The position numbers and the translations under genes were made by a program. This document shows, piece by piece, positions 37,963-50,345 of a DNA stretch of 64,000 nt (the first letter of the stretch is position 1; each line of letters opens with the position of its first letter). The notes below the pieces were generated by a model. The model ran no database searches and was not told the DNA's origin. It saw only the letters and a list, made by a program, of their open reading frames with translations. The stretch comes from Gekko japonicus (Eukaryota), in NCBI RefSeq assembly GCF_001447785.1, contig NW_015169197.1, positions 457,640 to 521,639 on the forward strand, given 5' to 3'.

Positions 37963-38772
37963 GCCAATATACTAGACTGCTTTTATTACAGAAATTAAAT
38001 AAAACAGACTTTTGAAAAGGTACTTTGGTTAATCCTAACCTTAGAGACAATGGTACAAATAACACCACTTCTTTTACTTCAGAGAAATATGCAATTACTG
38101 TGCCATGGACATATGGCTGCCATCCACAATAGTGTATTTCTAATAATCATTTTCTTGAATCCTTTGAATCTGGAGAATCAATCATGAATAACATAAGTAC
38201 TACATCACAAATGAGAATGCCAACTTTAAACAGTTTAGTCTAGGAATTTATAGCTGGCACTGGAGGAAGTGTTGGCAGAACATGGCTATATGGAATCTAA
38301 TGTCGCTTCTTTGCATTCAGGCTGTTTCAGCAAATAGTATTAGCTAAGCAATAATTTGAGGATATTTGGTTTTTTAAAAGTCTTTCTTTGATAAATCTAC
38401 ATTATGGAACTGAGTCTGAGATTTTAACAGATCAGCTTTATGTTCTGTGTTGTTTATTCAGAATTTGAACAAATGCTAATATAGTTGTAAGTTGTTACTT
38501 ATAAAAGTGTTGCTGTATATGAAATAATTGACTACTGGATAAAAATTATTGTGTGTTATAGCTGTTGATTCATATTGTTTAAGCTATAATTTTGTATGTA
38601 TTTCAAGAGTAACTGATATCTTATTTGAAAGTGGGGAATTTACTTTGTGGGGAATTCACTTTGTCTTCTGTGAAATTGTCACAATGAGAATAAAGGTAGA
38701 GTTCCCGTGGAGGGTTGTGAGCAATAATGGGTCTTCTCAGTATGATTCTTCCATGTTGCATGATTTATGTGA

Positions 38773-38935
38773 AGGGGCCATGGCTTAGTGGTAAAGTGTA
38801 TGGTTTACAAGCTGAAGTTTCCAAGTTCAGTCCCTGTGACCCCCAGTCAAAGGATCTCAAGCAGAATGCATGACAAAAGACCTGCCTGAGAACAATGGCC
38901 ACTCAGAGTACCTAAAACTGAGTTAAATGGCCCAG
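38773..38935 (+). mobile_element. Degenerate tRNA-derived SINE (Squam2-like)
   Basis: Head tggcttagtggtaaag...agttcagtccc with box A/B-like motifs. Confidence 0.5.
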
Positions 38936-39034
38936 TTATGTATATTTACTCTCATTGCCTTCAGGTTGGGACTAGGTACAAACTTCCTTCGAATCAATTC
39001 CTGTTGATTCCAGTGGACAAAATGTACTGATAAG

Positions 39035-39240
39035 CAATACTCCCTCTAAACTGTGGAGTCTTGTGAGCAACAATTCTACTTTGTGAGCTACTGGCATTAA
39101 AGTTGTGACTGAGCAATTTGGCTGCTGCATAAATTTGTTTGCTCTGGAGCCATCCTTCCTGAGCTAAGACAAAAATCTGTGAGCTGGAGGCTAAAAAACT
39201 GTGATCTAGCTCACACTAACTCAGCTTAGAGAGAACACTG
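39035..39240. mobile_element. hAT MITE (CAGTGTTCCCTCTAAG family), complete
   Basis: TIRs plus perfect 8-bp TSD CTGATAAG (39027-39034, 39241-39248). Confidence 0.93.
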
Positions 39241-40152
39241 CTGATAAGGCTGGTTAGGATCAGAGCAGAAAATTATTTACAGAAGAGAAGTAACAAGGGG
39301 AACCAACTCACTGTTTCACCACTCCAAATTTCTTGCTGCTGTGGGGTTTGAAATATACTTTTTCTTCTCACATATGCACAGGTTTAAAGCCAAAGGAAGT
39401 GGCGGAAGGGTTGCGTCCCTCTTCCAGTCTTAGCTGCCTTATTTATTTAAAAGGCGCATTGCACCAATCTTACTCGTACAACATTGCTAGTCTTGAAAAG
39501 TGGATTTCTATAGCCATGTGAGACATCCTGGCTGTTTAAAAATTCAGCTTGTGGTGGCTGTAGACACTGGAGAGCTGTGTACCTGTAGCTTTCCTAAAAT
39601 TCCAGAGCAGATAACAGAGTCTGTTAATTGCTGCTTCCCTCACATTGCTAGAAGTCATAAATAATTGGCTGTACACAGATTTAGAGGTGTCCCACTGCAC
39701 ATGGTTGTCTAAGCTACTCTTCACCTGCACATTAAGCTGATGGCGCTCTTTTGGAAATCTTCATTTTAAATAATCAACAAAAATATATGAGCAAATATTT
39801 TCCCCATAAGATCTTTCTTTTTATATATATTTTTGAGAAGAAACTGGCAGACTAATTCACTGGAAATGCTCAATCGGGTGGGGGGAAGCAGGATGAGGCA
39901 AACTTTTAGTGGTTGGAAATATTTTAGAGCAGCATCGTGGCTCACAGACAAGAATCCACAGCAAATCATTTTCTTCACTTGCCTTCTCTGACCTCCCATG
40001 TATTATGCAAGGTTTGATTTAATTATCTTTAAATTCTAATAAGTTACCATTGACATCTCCGGTTTCCTCCATAGTCTAATTGCTCTTAAGGATATAAAGC
40101 TTTCTCTAATATTTAGCCTATATTATCTGTGTTGCAGATTCAGCCAATTACT

Positions 40153-40520
40153 TCATGTTTTGTCCCTTTTGGCTAATAAGAATAATCGTTCCCCACTGCC
40201 TTGGCGATGGCCCTTTATGCAGTTGTGGAAAGTTATAATGTCTCCCCCTTGCCTTCTTTTCTCTAGATTGAGCATGTCCACTTCTCTTAATTTTTCCTCT
40301 TGGGTCTTATTTTCAATATCTTTTATCACTTCTGATGATGTCCTTTTAATTGCCTCTAATTTGTCTATATCTGGAGAAGAGTGTGGTGCCCTAAACTGAA
40401 TGCAGCACTCCAAATGAAGTCTAACCAGCCTCAAATAGAGCGGAAAAACTGCTTCTCTTGCTCTACATGTGAGACGCCCATTAACAGGAGCTGGTTGCAA
40501 ATTTGTCATTTTTCCCTGAC
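40153..40520 (-). mobile_element. CR1 LINE ORF2 fragment
   Basis: Peptide PLYLRLVRLHLECCIQFRAPH...DIDKLE...NLEKRRQGGDII resembles the CR1 ORF2 C-terminus. Confidence 0.85.
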
Positions 40521-40846
40521 ACCCATGCTCATTCAGTATCATGTCCTTTATCATCAGTACCTCCTTCCATGGGAAAGTCTAGTCACCCATCAATCCCTCT
40601 TTCAGCTCTGTGTTTGATTTAAGGGTTTTGTCTGCCAAGAATCTCTGCAAGATTTTTAAAATAATTTATTAGTGAAATGCAAAATTCTTTTGAAAACTCA
40701 TAATGTTATCCTGTGTGGAGTTATTCAGTCTAAGACCACAGATGAAGCCAGACAGGAGAAAAGAAGAGCTTCCCAACTTGTGCCTAACAGTTCCCATTTA
40801 TAAATGTCGACTGCTACTGTGCAGCTGGGGTTTTTTAAAGCTCCTA

Positions 40847-41062
40847 GGCAGTTTGGTGTAGTGGTTAGGAGTACAGACTCTAATCTGAGAGAACTGGGTT
40901 TGATTCCCCATTCCTCCACATGCAGCTGCTGGCATGACCTTGGGTCAGTCAAAAGTTCTTTCAGAGCTGTTCTTTCAAGGGCAGTTCTCGGGAGAGCTCT
41001 CTCAGCCCCACCTACCTCACAGGGTGTTTGTTGTGGGGAGAGCAAGGGAAAGGGATTGTAAG
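40847..41062 (+). mobile_element. Squam3-like SINE, 3' end interrupted by hAT MITE
   Basis: Matches the 21167 copy up to gattgtaag. Confidence 0.85.
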
Positions 41063-41180
41063 CAATGTTCCCTCTAAGCTGTGGAGTCTTGTGAGCAAAA
41101 ATTCTACTTTGTAAGCTACTGGCATTAAAGTTGTGAGTGAGCGATTTGGCTACTGCATAAATTAGTTTGCTCTGGAGCCA
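41063..41180. mobile_element. hAT MITE half (CAATGTTCCCTCTAAG), truncated
   Basis: Collinear with the first ~120 bp of the 39035 copy, then abrupt switch to unrelated GC-rich sequence. Confidence 0.85.
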
Positions 41181-41592
41181 GAGCTGGCCCCTGCTTATTT
41201 TGCACCCTAGGCAAGGATCCCTCCTGGCGCCCCTGTGGCCCCCGTCAGAACCAGGGGGGGTTGTTGGCAGGGGCGAGTGCAGTTTGGCACCCCTCATCAG
41301 GGCACCTGGAGAAGAGGCTGACCAGCAGGGTGCTCACAAGCCGTCACTCCCTACTGCTGCTGCTGCTGCTGCTGCAGCTGCCAGTCCCTGGCCACGAGGA
41401 GGAGGAGGAGGAGAAGCATTCCACTGGTAAGCTGAGGGGGCAAGCAGGGAGAAGTTAGCCTGCCAAAGAGGTGGCAGGCAGTGGCGGGGTTACATCTCCT
41501 TTGTGTCCGTGGATGTTGTAACAATAGTACAGCTGATAGATATATGCACAGAGCAGGGAGATGCCAATATTGGTGGAATTTCCACCACCTCA

Positions 41593-41970
41593 ACCTTAAT
41601 CCTGGCAGAACAGCTCTGTTTGACACGCTCTGTGGAACTGTATTAGGTTCTGCAGGTCATGGATCTCACTCAGGAGAGCATTCCACAAGGCCGGTGCCAG
41701 AGCTGAAAAAGCTCTGGCTCTGGTTGAGGCTAAGTGGATGTTTTTTGGCCCGGGGATCACCAGAAAATTTTGATCCATTGAGTGTATCACTCTTCGGGAA
41801 ACATACCAGGAGAGACGGTCCCGAGGACATGCTGTTCTCAGACCACATAGGGCTTTAAAGGTCAAAACCAGCACCTTGAACTTGATCAGCTATTCCACCT
41901 GGAGCCAGTGCAGCTGGCCGAGCACTAGCTGAATGTGTGCTCTTGATGGTGTTCCCATGAGAATGCCTCC
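41593..41970 (-). mobile_element. L2-clade LINE ORF2 3' fragment
   Basis: Peptide FKVLVLTFKALCGL...RAFSALAPALWNAL...CQTELF. Confidence 0.85.
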
Positions 41971-44788
41971 ATGGTAACTCTACAACAACTAAAACACACA
42001 GCACCCAAGAAGAGTAACCATAACTAAAACACACAGCATCTTCCATTATCCTATATGTAAGAAACTGCAGCAAATGTTGTATGGGGAAATATGAGAGTCA
42101 GATGGATCTTGATCCTACTCAAATTCAGACAGTTTCATTAATGGGAGACTTTGTGACAAGGCTACTTGGGTCTTTTAGAATAATGCTCAGCAAAGTGTGT
42201 AGCGTCCACACAAAAATGTACTAGTATGCATTATTACTCCACTTGATGTTAATTGTTAAGTGCCCAGAAACTAAGAAACTATCTTGTGACTATTTCTATC
42301 AGCCATGTCTCAAATTAATATGTGGGGGAAACTACATGTGATTAGGGATTCCCCTGGTATATAATTTAACCATGAAAACAAGCCAACTGGAGAAAGAGTT
42401 TACCCCAAGAAATGCAGCCCCAGTATACATCCCCTTTCCCAAAGCTGTTTTCGAGACTAAATTACATAACAAGGCTCTTATAACTGATCCCAAACACCCA
42501 ACATAACTTGACTTTATGTTCCTTGAGATGTTAGCTCTACTGTGTGTGCATTTTCTTGTAAGCAAACATCTTTAATATTTTTATTTCAATGAAAAAGAAC
42601 CACACGTTATCTGCAATATTAGATTAACTGTTTCAAAGGCACCCCATATAAACTTTAGTAGATAAATCTTGAGATTTGGCTGCGAAAACATGAATTCATG
42701 TCCGAAATCTGAATGAAGAATTCAGGAATATTTAGATCTGAAGTTGATGGGTTACTTTTGTTGCTATAAATTTGATTGCCAGTGTATGTTGCCAGTGTAC
42801 TTTTGTTTTTACTCTTCAGATTCACAAACAAGATTTGATCATTCATTTTATTTGAGAGAGAGAGAAATACACATACCTCATTTTTTAACTCTAGAAATAT
42901 TTCCCAATGTATTTTCAGGTTTCCTTGCCAAAAATATCTAAGAAATAATGTAATTTAGTGGCTAATTCAGATGAGAAGAATTTGAAATGTCCAACTGGTT
43001 GTGCTCTTAAGTGTCACTCAGAATAATTCTTTGATCTTGCACTATAAAGCACTTTCATGCAGGAGACATCACAGTGAGTAACACAGCAAACCATTCAAAT
43101 TTCAGCTATCATAACTAAAGACAAAACAATTATAAATTGATACTAGCCAACTTTTAAAAAAATGCATGATAAGAGGAATGAATAGGTAATTGAGGCAACA
43201 ATGGAGACACAGCTCTCTAGAAAATCCCCACCTAAAGAAACAAAATGGAGGGTGGAGCTTATTAGTTTCATATCATAACCATATGTAAAAGTGGGGAAAG
43301 ACAGACTTCTCCTGTCTTAAGACTCCTGAAGTGTAGACTAAACACTGGCACATAAACTGCAGCACAAACTACCAGCCCAAATGCAGAGGAATTTATTAGC
43401 ACGAATCCCATTGAAATGAATGGGGGAAAGTTTGTGATTAAATGTGGATGTCTTCTAAGCAGAAAGATGATTGATGTGTTCTATACATAACTCAACTGTA
43501 GTCTCATTCGCTTCAGTGGTACTGATGCACACCTAACCTCTTCCTGTCTGCCCCCTTCTCTCTAGTACATTTCTATCTGTTGTTCCTCCAATGAGAAAGT
43601 TCCTCTATATTGGGCCAAATATGTATGCTCTCTGTTGAATCAGTTAGCCATTGGTTAGGATAATTCATAGGTACTTTTCTGCTTTATAAAAACAGATTGA
43701 GATACCATCAGTGTTACTGATTTTTATAGGATGATTTGCTCTCTAAGGGCACAGAGAGTTAGAATTTCATCACTACATACATATTGGTACATTTACTTTC
43801 CTTGAAGAAACTGTTTCTGTTGATACAGTTCAACTAGACTGAAGGGGAGGGGAAAATGTAGTTTTGAACAGATGGTTAGGACAGATGACTGACTGACTAC
43901 AAACCGTGACTAGGAAGTGACTAAATGTTAGTTGCATTATGCAGAGAATAATTTTCCTGTATATCACTTCTCTGGCTGCCATAGACTCCTCCTCATGAAA
44001 AATATGGGTAAAATATAATTAATAAGATGTTTTTAATGCCTTTTCCTATCTAGGTTTACTTCACATGGGTTTTATCTACATTATAATTTGCATCACAAAA
44101 GTTGCTTCTGTGGATGCTTTATTGGTCTGTTGATAGCCACTACACATACAGAAGTCTGCCGTTTACCAAATGTATTACAGTGACTTCTCAATACTTCAAT
44201 CTTCCTGTAAATTATAGAACTCGTAGTGTCTCATATCATAATTTCTGCAATAGTACACAGATACAGAGCTTGGTATATCAGAGGTCCAATCCTACATTAT
44301 ACAAAGCCAACTGTATGCCGCCAAGTGTACACTGCACAAGTATCTGTAGCCAGACCATCCTTGGTAAGCGTACTTGCTAACATATACACTTAAGACTTCT
44401 TTGATACATGCATGAATATATAATGTGTGGCTCAGCCTACTAAATCATAAATTATCTCTAAGTGAAGTACTTCAATTTAACCGGGTTGTAGATTAAGCTG
44501 AAGACAGCATTGTATACATAATGTATTCCCAGCACCAATAAGAATAGTCCATATTTGAAATCATGCTGCCATATAAAGATTTCCTCTGGTGCTTACTGCA
44601 CTCGGGCATGGTATGCTCTGTCTAGTAGATCCCTGTGGTGTACACAGAAACCTGCTCTGGGGCCCCCTGTAGGGAGAAAGGTGGGATATAAATGGACAAA
44701 CACTGCCCAATTTTGATTTCATTCGCTTATTTATTTTATTTATATCCCACCCTCCCTGCAATATTACACTTATTTATTATATTTCCTA

Positions 44789-45134
44789 TAGGAGCTGTGG
44801 TGGCTCAAGTGGTTAAGACGCTGAACTGCAGGCTGTGGAAGGTCAGTAGTTCAGCAGTTCAAGACCCGGGTGTCGCATGATGGAGTGAGCTCCCGTCTCT
44901 AGTTCCAGCTCCTGCCAACCTAGCAGTTCGAAAGCAAGAAATTGCAAGTAGATAAATAGGTACCACTTTGGTGAGAAGGTAACAGCGTTCCGTGCACCTT
45001 GGTGTTTAGTCATGCCGGCCACATGACCACGGAAACGTCTTCGGACAGCGCTGGCTCTTCGGCTTTGAAACGGAGATGAGCACCGCAACCCTAGAGTCGG
45101 ATTTGACTGGCTTTCGAGCAAGGGAACCTTTACC
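44789..45134 (+). mobile_element. Sauria-type SINE, full length
   Basis: tRNA-like head (gtggctcaagtggttaag), core gccaacctagcagttcgaaagca, (ACCTTT)n tail. Perfect 16-bp TSD tttattatatttccta (44773-44788, 45135-45150). Confidence 0.9.
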
Positions 45135-45294
45135 TTTATTATATTTCCTAACTTTATTCTGTTATGGCACTCAAGGCAACATACACAGGTTCCCAGGAAG
45201 TCTCTAGGAACTGTTCAGATTTTTCATTTGCTTAGTATTCCTGTTGTCTGGAATGAACTATTCACACCTATAAATATAAGAATGTAAATAGTTT

Positions 45295-45420
45295 CAGGTG
45301 GTCAGTTGTGTTGGTCTGAAACAGTAGACCAAATTTAGAGTCCGGCGGCACCTTTAAGACCAGCAAAGGTTTATTCAAGGTATGAGCTTTCGTGTGCCAC
45401 TGGACTCTAAATTTGTTCTG
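45295..45420. mobile_element. Penelope-like element terminal remnant with short inversion
   Basis: tgtgttggtctgaa...ggcacctttaagacc...gagctttcg motif. 45396-45417 is an inverted copy of ~45327-45349. Confidence 0.6.
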
Positions 45421-45799
45421 TAAGAATGTAAGTACATCCAGAGATTCCATTTGCTTCTGCCATGTTCCTGTTATTCAAGATGTGCAAAATCTTTCTGTTC
45501 ATTGAATGGAAACTCTTGAAATGTTTATTTCTGAAGAGGAGCATCTGAATTATGAGTTTGTGGAAAACACAAGGCCACACTGGAATATGGAGAAAGCCTC
45601 TACGAAATGTTGTTACTCTTTAAAAATTATTATGAAAAAATTGTCCCCCGTGAAATTCGGGTGGCATGTTGTTCGGGAGAAGGATTGACAGATTCTTCTT
45701 GGATTTTACTATGGGTGACATTTTAATATGAGCTCTACTTCTTTTTATCAGTACAAATAGTTCGTGGGTCAGTGTATCAAAAATTAAGGCCATTGTGTC

Positions 45800-46390
45800 A
45801 ACCAACAAAGATGATTAGAGGGTTGGAGCACCTTCCCTATGAGGAAAGGCTGAAGCGTCCATAACTTTTCAGTTTAGAAAAGAGACGACTAAGGGGGTTT
45901 ATAAAATTTAGAGGTTTATAAAATTTAGAGGTTTATAAAATTATGCTTGAAGTAGAGAGTTGACTAAGATACATTTTTCTCCCTCTCCCAAAATACTAGA
46001 ACTCAAGGGCATCAAATGAAACTAATGGGCAGTAGGTTCAGGTCAGACAAATGAAAATACTACTTTACACAGAGTGATTAAAATGTGGAATTCCTTGCCA
46101 GAGGATGTAGTGATGGCCACAGGAATAAACAGCATTAAAAGGGGATTAGATAGATTCCTGGAGGATAGGTCTATCAGTGGCTACTAGCCATGGGGACAGA
46201 GGGGAACCTCCGCATTCAGAGTCACTAATCCTCTGAATCTCAGAGCCAGGAGGCAACATCAGGGGAAGGTCTCAGCCTGTATGGCCTGTCATTGGACCTC
46301 CAGAGGAGTCGGTTGGCCACTGTGTGAGACAGGATGCTGGACTAGCTGGACCATTGGTCTGATCCAGCAGGGATCTTCTTATGTTCTTAC
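45800..46390 (+). mobile_element. CR1 LINE 3' end
   Basis: GLEHLPYEERLK...FSLEKRRLRG...WNSLPEDVV coding remnant, 3' UTR and ttcttatgttctta tail. Confidence 0.9.
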
Positions 46391-48390
46391 TTAATTCATA
46401 TGGAGTTATAAATTGATTTTTTTTCTTGGGCACATACAATAATCTTCATCTTCAATCCTTCTCAATAATAATATTGATTTACAGGGACAGAGAAGCATGT
46501 ATCCAGTATCAGCATTTTCTAATGCCTATCAACTGTGTGCTGAATTCTTTTTTAAAAATGTTCCTTTTACATTATTGTGCATAAGTGCAAAAGCACTGTA
46601 CTCCATGATTACTGTTCTCCACAGTTAATTATAATCTTCATGTGTTTGTTGATGCTACACAATGAAATCAAGTACAGTGGTTGGGAAGCATTTGGCTTGC
46701 CCCTTCTCTGCAATAGCTCTTTCATCTTTTTATAAAGCAGCAGTACGGAGACGGAGGGGAACACCCTTGCTATAAAATTCAACTGCCTCGTGGCCACAGG
46801 AAAGATGCTGTAGAGTCTGGATCATGTGTGCCTGCAGTCATGGCCCAAAATAAAGATATGTGATTCTCAGGATTTGAAGGTGAATGGTTCCACCAGGCTA
46901 GCCTGGAAAATACTCCAACAAAGATCTGCAAAAGTGACAAGCCATCCTAAAAAATTATTAACCACCTAAGGTCTGCAAAAAAGCTTGCTATTCAGTCTCA
47001 GGCATGTCTCACTTAACATTTCAGTGTTCTAGTAGTAAGCATTATGTTGGAACTTTGGAGTGGTGTTTACAAATCTGGGAACAAATGAAGCAAAAAAAAA
47101 GGTAGATTCCCCCACAAGGGAAGCATGTTTAATTAAATAGATAAGTGACCAACAATTTTAATACTTAGGGATATTTTTAAAGGATTAATTTTCCCCCAAG
47201 CATCTTTAGAGAGCATAAGTCAGTCTTTTTCTGTAAGAGGAAGTAGTATAATGAGAAATGCTTTACCTACTGTGAAGTCAGAGATTGTAAACTGCTAAAG
47301 GAAAATGGTCAGTTTCAATTCCATCCCCTTCCAGTGATTATAGCAATTATCTGGACATTTGGAAATGGGCATTTGGCTAATGACCATGGCAATGTCGGTG
47401 GCTATATGAACCATGTTTACATAATGAGCGTCCACAGCTTTATGAGTGAGAGATCCAGTGAGGTAGCAATATGAAGGAGCACATATTGAAAGACTTCAAC
47501 TCATGTCCAGGAGGAATAAATATTTGTGTGGTGAAAAAGAACTCCATAACTCTACTTTTTACAGAAACATATTGCAAGACCACTGTATACTTCATGTAGA
47601 TGGAGTTTAGCAATGGAACCTCGATCCAGATTTCTGAGCCATCAAGAGCCACTATTCTTTTTATTGTTGCCCAGACATAGGCATTTATGTGTAAAGAAAA
47701 GCCATGTTTACCCTCCCTTGTGAAGGGCGATGTTAGTCTTTATTTTGCTACAAGTATATGAGTTAGAATTAAAAAAATGAAAAGTCATGTGTGAAGCAGT
47801 TCCTGAATGTATGTGGAACAGTATCTAATATTACTACATTAGAACGATTCATATGTTACCTTTGCTGCTGAAACACAGAACTATATCAATGTCTTTTCCA
47901 TACAAAGTTGTTTGTGTGTTTTGGCTCTCAGGTTTCAATAAGCCCATCAAAGACACATTCTGACAGCAGTCTGTCTTCCTTTTAGTAGACTGATCACTTC
48001 CAGCTTGGACAGAAACACAGAGCATATCAAAGATAGAAAATATATGGAATATGTGGGAAACATCGAATGATATAAGGTAATGTTATAGCCACACTTTTTA
48101 CTTTGGCATCTTGAGCTAAAGGATTGATTGTGTAATGATAAAAATAAGATACCTGAGTCAGGATTTGGCAAGAGGTACTCCTTGAAACTGTAGTATCGAC
48201 TCTAAATATTAACGAGTGGATGAAAATGCAATCTTCAAACAATAAAAGTATCTCCCATTTCTATATACCACTCCCATTTTATTGAACAAGTTATTGGGCT
48301 GGATCTACTTGATGATTTTGCTTTCATAATCAGAAATATGGAAAAGAAGCTCACTCCGGTCTCTTGAACTAAGTCACACATGGTGTACCT

Positions 48391-48723
48391 CAGGGGTCCC
48401 CAACCCTTTTCAGCCTGTGGGCAACTTTGGAATTCTGACACAGCATGGTAGGTGCAGCTGCAAAATGGCTGCTGCAGAAGGCAGGGGCAGCCACAAAACT
48501 AGCGCTGTGGCTTACCTTCAGTCATACAATGAAGATCCTTGTGCTGATGGTAGCTGCTCCCGTAGCAATGTTTTTAAAAAGAACTGCACAGCCAACCAAA
48601 TCTCCAAAGGCCAATCAGAAGCTAGGCACCTGACCCCACCCACTTTGTAAAAGCACTTGGTGCGCCCCAGCAAAGGTGTCACCAGGTGCCATGGAACCCA
48701 CAGACACCAAGTTGGGGCTCCTG
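48391..48723. mobile_element. hAT/Charlie-like MITE
   Basis: caggggtccccaacc ... gttggggctcctg termini; TSD degenerate. Confidence 0.7.
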
Positions 48724-49093
48724 GTACATCCTGAGACATTGTTCCACTTACACCAGACATACTCGGAGAAATTCCCTACTAAGATTTGACTAATTATTTT
48801 TATTAAAATAAGTGCAAGTGTGCAATATTTTAAACTTCACATTTATTTCAAACTATTCAAGTAGCTGTTACTACTGACAAATCAGCTAGGAGTAGTGGTA
48901 GGTCTTTCACAGGCAACCCCCCCCCACACACTAAGTCCACTCACATTTCTGTTGTGTGTCACTCAATCCAACCCAATGGAGTTTTGAACCCAAGAGGTAA
49001 TTTCACCTGTATTTATACCAAGAGGTGATCACCATTTTGAAAGGGACACGTTCACATCTTTACAGTTCATCACTATGACAGTGGTAGAGTTTA

Positions 49094-49324
49094 ACCAGTT
49101 TGGTGTAGTGGTTAAGAGCGGCAGGAATCTAATCTGGAGAACTGGGTTTGATTCCCCACTCCTCTACATGCAGCCAGCTGGGTGACTTTGGGACAGTCAC
49201 AGCTCTCTCAGAGCTCTCTCAGCCCCACCTACCTCATAGGGTGTGTGTTGTGGGGAGAGGAAGGGAAAACACTCCAACACTCCTTCAGGTAGTGACGGGT
49301 GGGGTATAAAACCAACTCTTCTTC
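49094..49324 (+). mobile_element. Squam3-like SINE
   Basis: Head ccagtttggtgtagtggttaagag to tail ggtataaaaccaactcttcttc. Confidence 0.85.
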
Positions 49325-50159
49325 ACTAACAGTAATTTCAATCATTTGGCTGGATTATATTCATCATTTCTGTTTGTTGTGTACACATTTTTTTTGCTCT
49401 TTTTGAAATAATCCCCATGTCAGGTACAATGTCTATGAAATTCAATGGAAATTCAATGGCCAGGTTATTTTGGTTTTGAATTTATTTACAACCACTTTTT
49501 TGCCATGATACCTTCTGTCCTGTAGAACTGAGCATTTTCCGATCTGAAAGAAAATAATTACAGAATGTCAAGGCATTCTTGTGATGGTCACTTTAAGTGT
49601 TCTTATGGTAGGCTATTTGCTCCTAGCCAGCAGCCAGCAGCCTGGGACACTAAATCCCCATACAGTGCAATAACAGAATGACTCAACTACAATTCAAAGC
49701 AAATATTAGGTATCCATATGCAATTACATATTTACAACCACGATTGAAATATTATATCATATCATATCATATCATATTATATATATTGCTTATATCTTTC
49801 TGATGAAAGGTCGATCCATTAACCCATTTCAATTTTGACATCTTAATTGTGAGAATAACTTTAACATCTAATACAAATATGGGCTGGCGGCATGTCAACT
49901 TCCTTGTGTCTCTCTTAAGTCATAGTGAATGCTTAAAAGTGCTCTTTAAGGACTTACAGATGTTTGGGTTTTTTGGTCAACTAAAGGCCTTCAGATACAT
50001 AAAGTATAACCACAGAACATGGGTATACACACACACACACACAAAGGAGGGGAGGAAAGATAAACAGGACCAAAATGCCATGAAATGCAACCTCACAATA
50101 AGATCAGTGAGTATTCATAGAAGCAACTGGTGATTACACCAACTTCCCAGTATTGATGA

Positions 50160-50345
50160 GTCTGTACTTTTGCCATTGAATAATGGTGACTTTCAAGTCA
50201 CCAATAGAGTGTCCTGGAAGACTGAAATGTTCTCCCGCTCATTTATGAGGTATTTGATTGGTGATGTCAAATTTGTGTCCATTTATTATTTTTGTAAAGA
50301 GACTGATCTGTAGAGAGCAGAAGGTAGATGATGGTATATGCCACA
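50160..50345 (-). mobile_element. Penelope-like element GIY-YIG endonuclease remnant
   Basis: Minus-strand translation INGHKFDI... then GEHFSLPGHSIGDLKVTII, typical of the C-terminal part of vertebrate PLE GIY-YIG domains. Confidence 0.75.

Noticed and set aside
41354-41412. PolyQ/polyA/polyE coding tract
   Set aside because: Trinucleotide runs within a transposon pile-up, without exon boundaries.
47989-48076. Exon-like segment (tttagtag ... AAG|gtaatg)
   Set aside because: Stops in all three frames and no other support; it could only be non-coding or cryptic.
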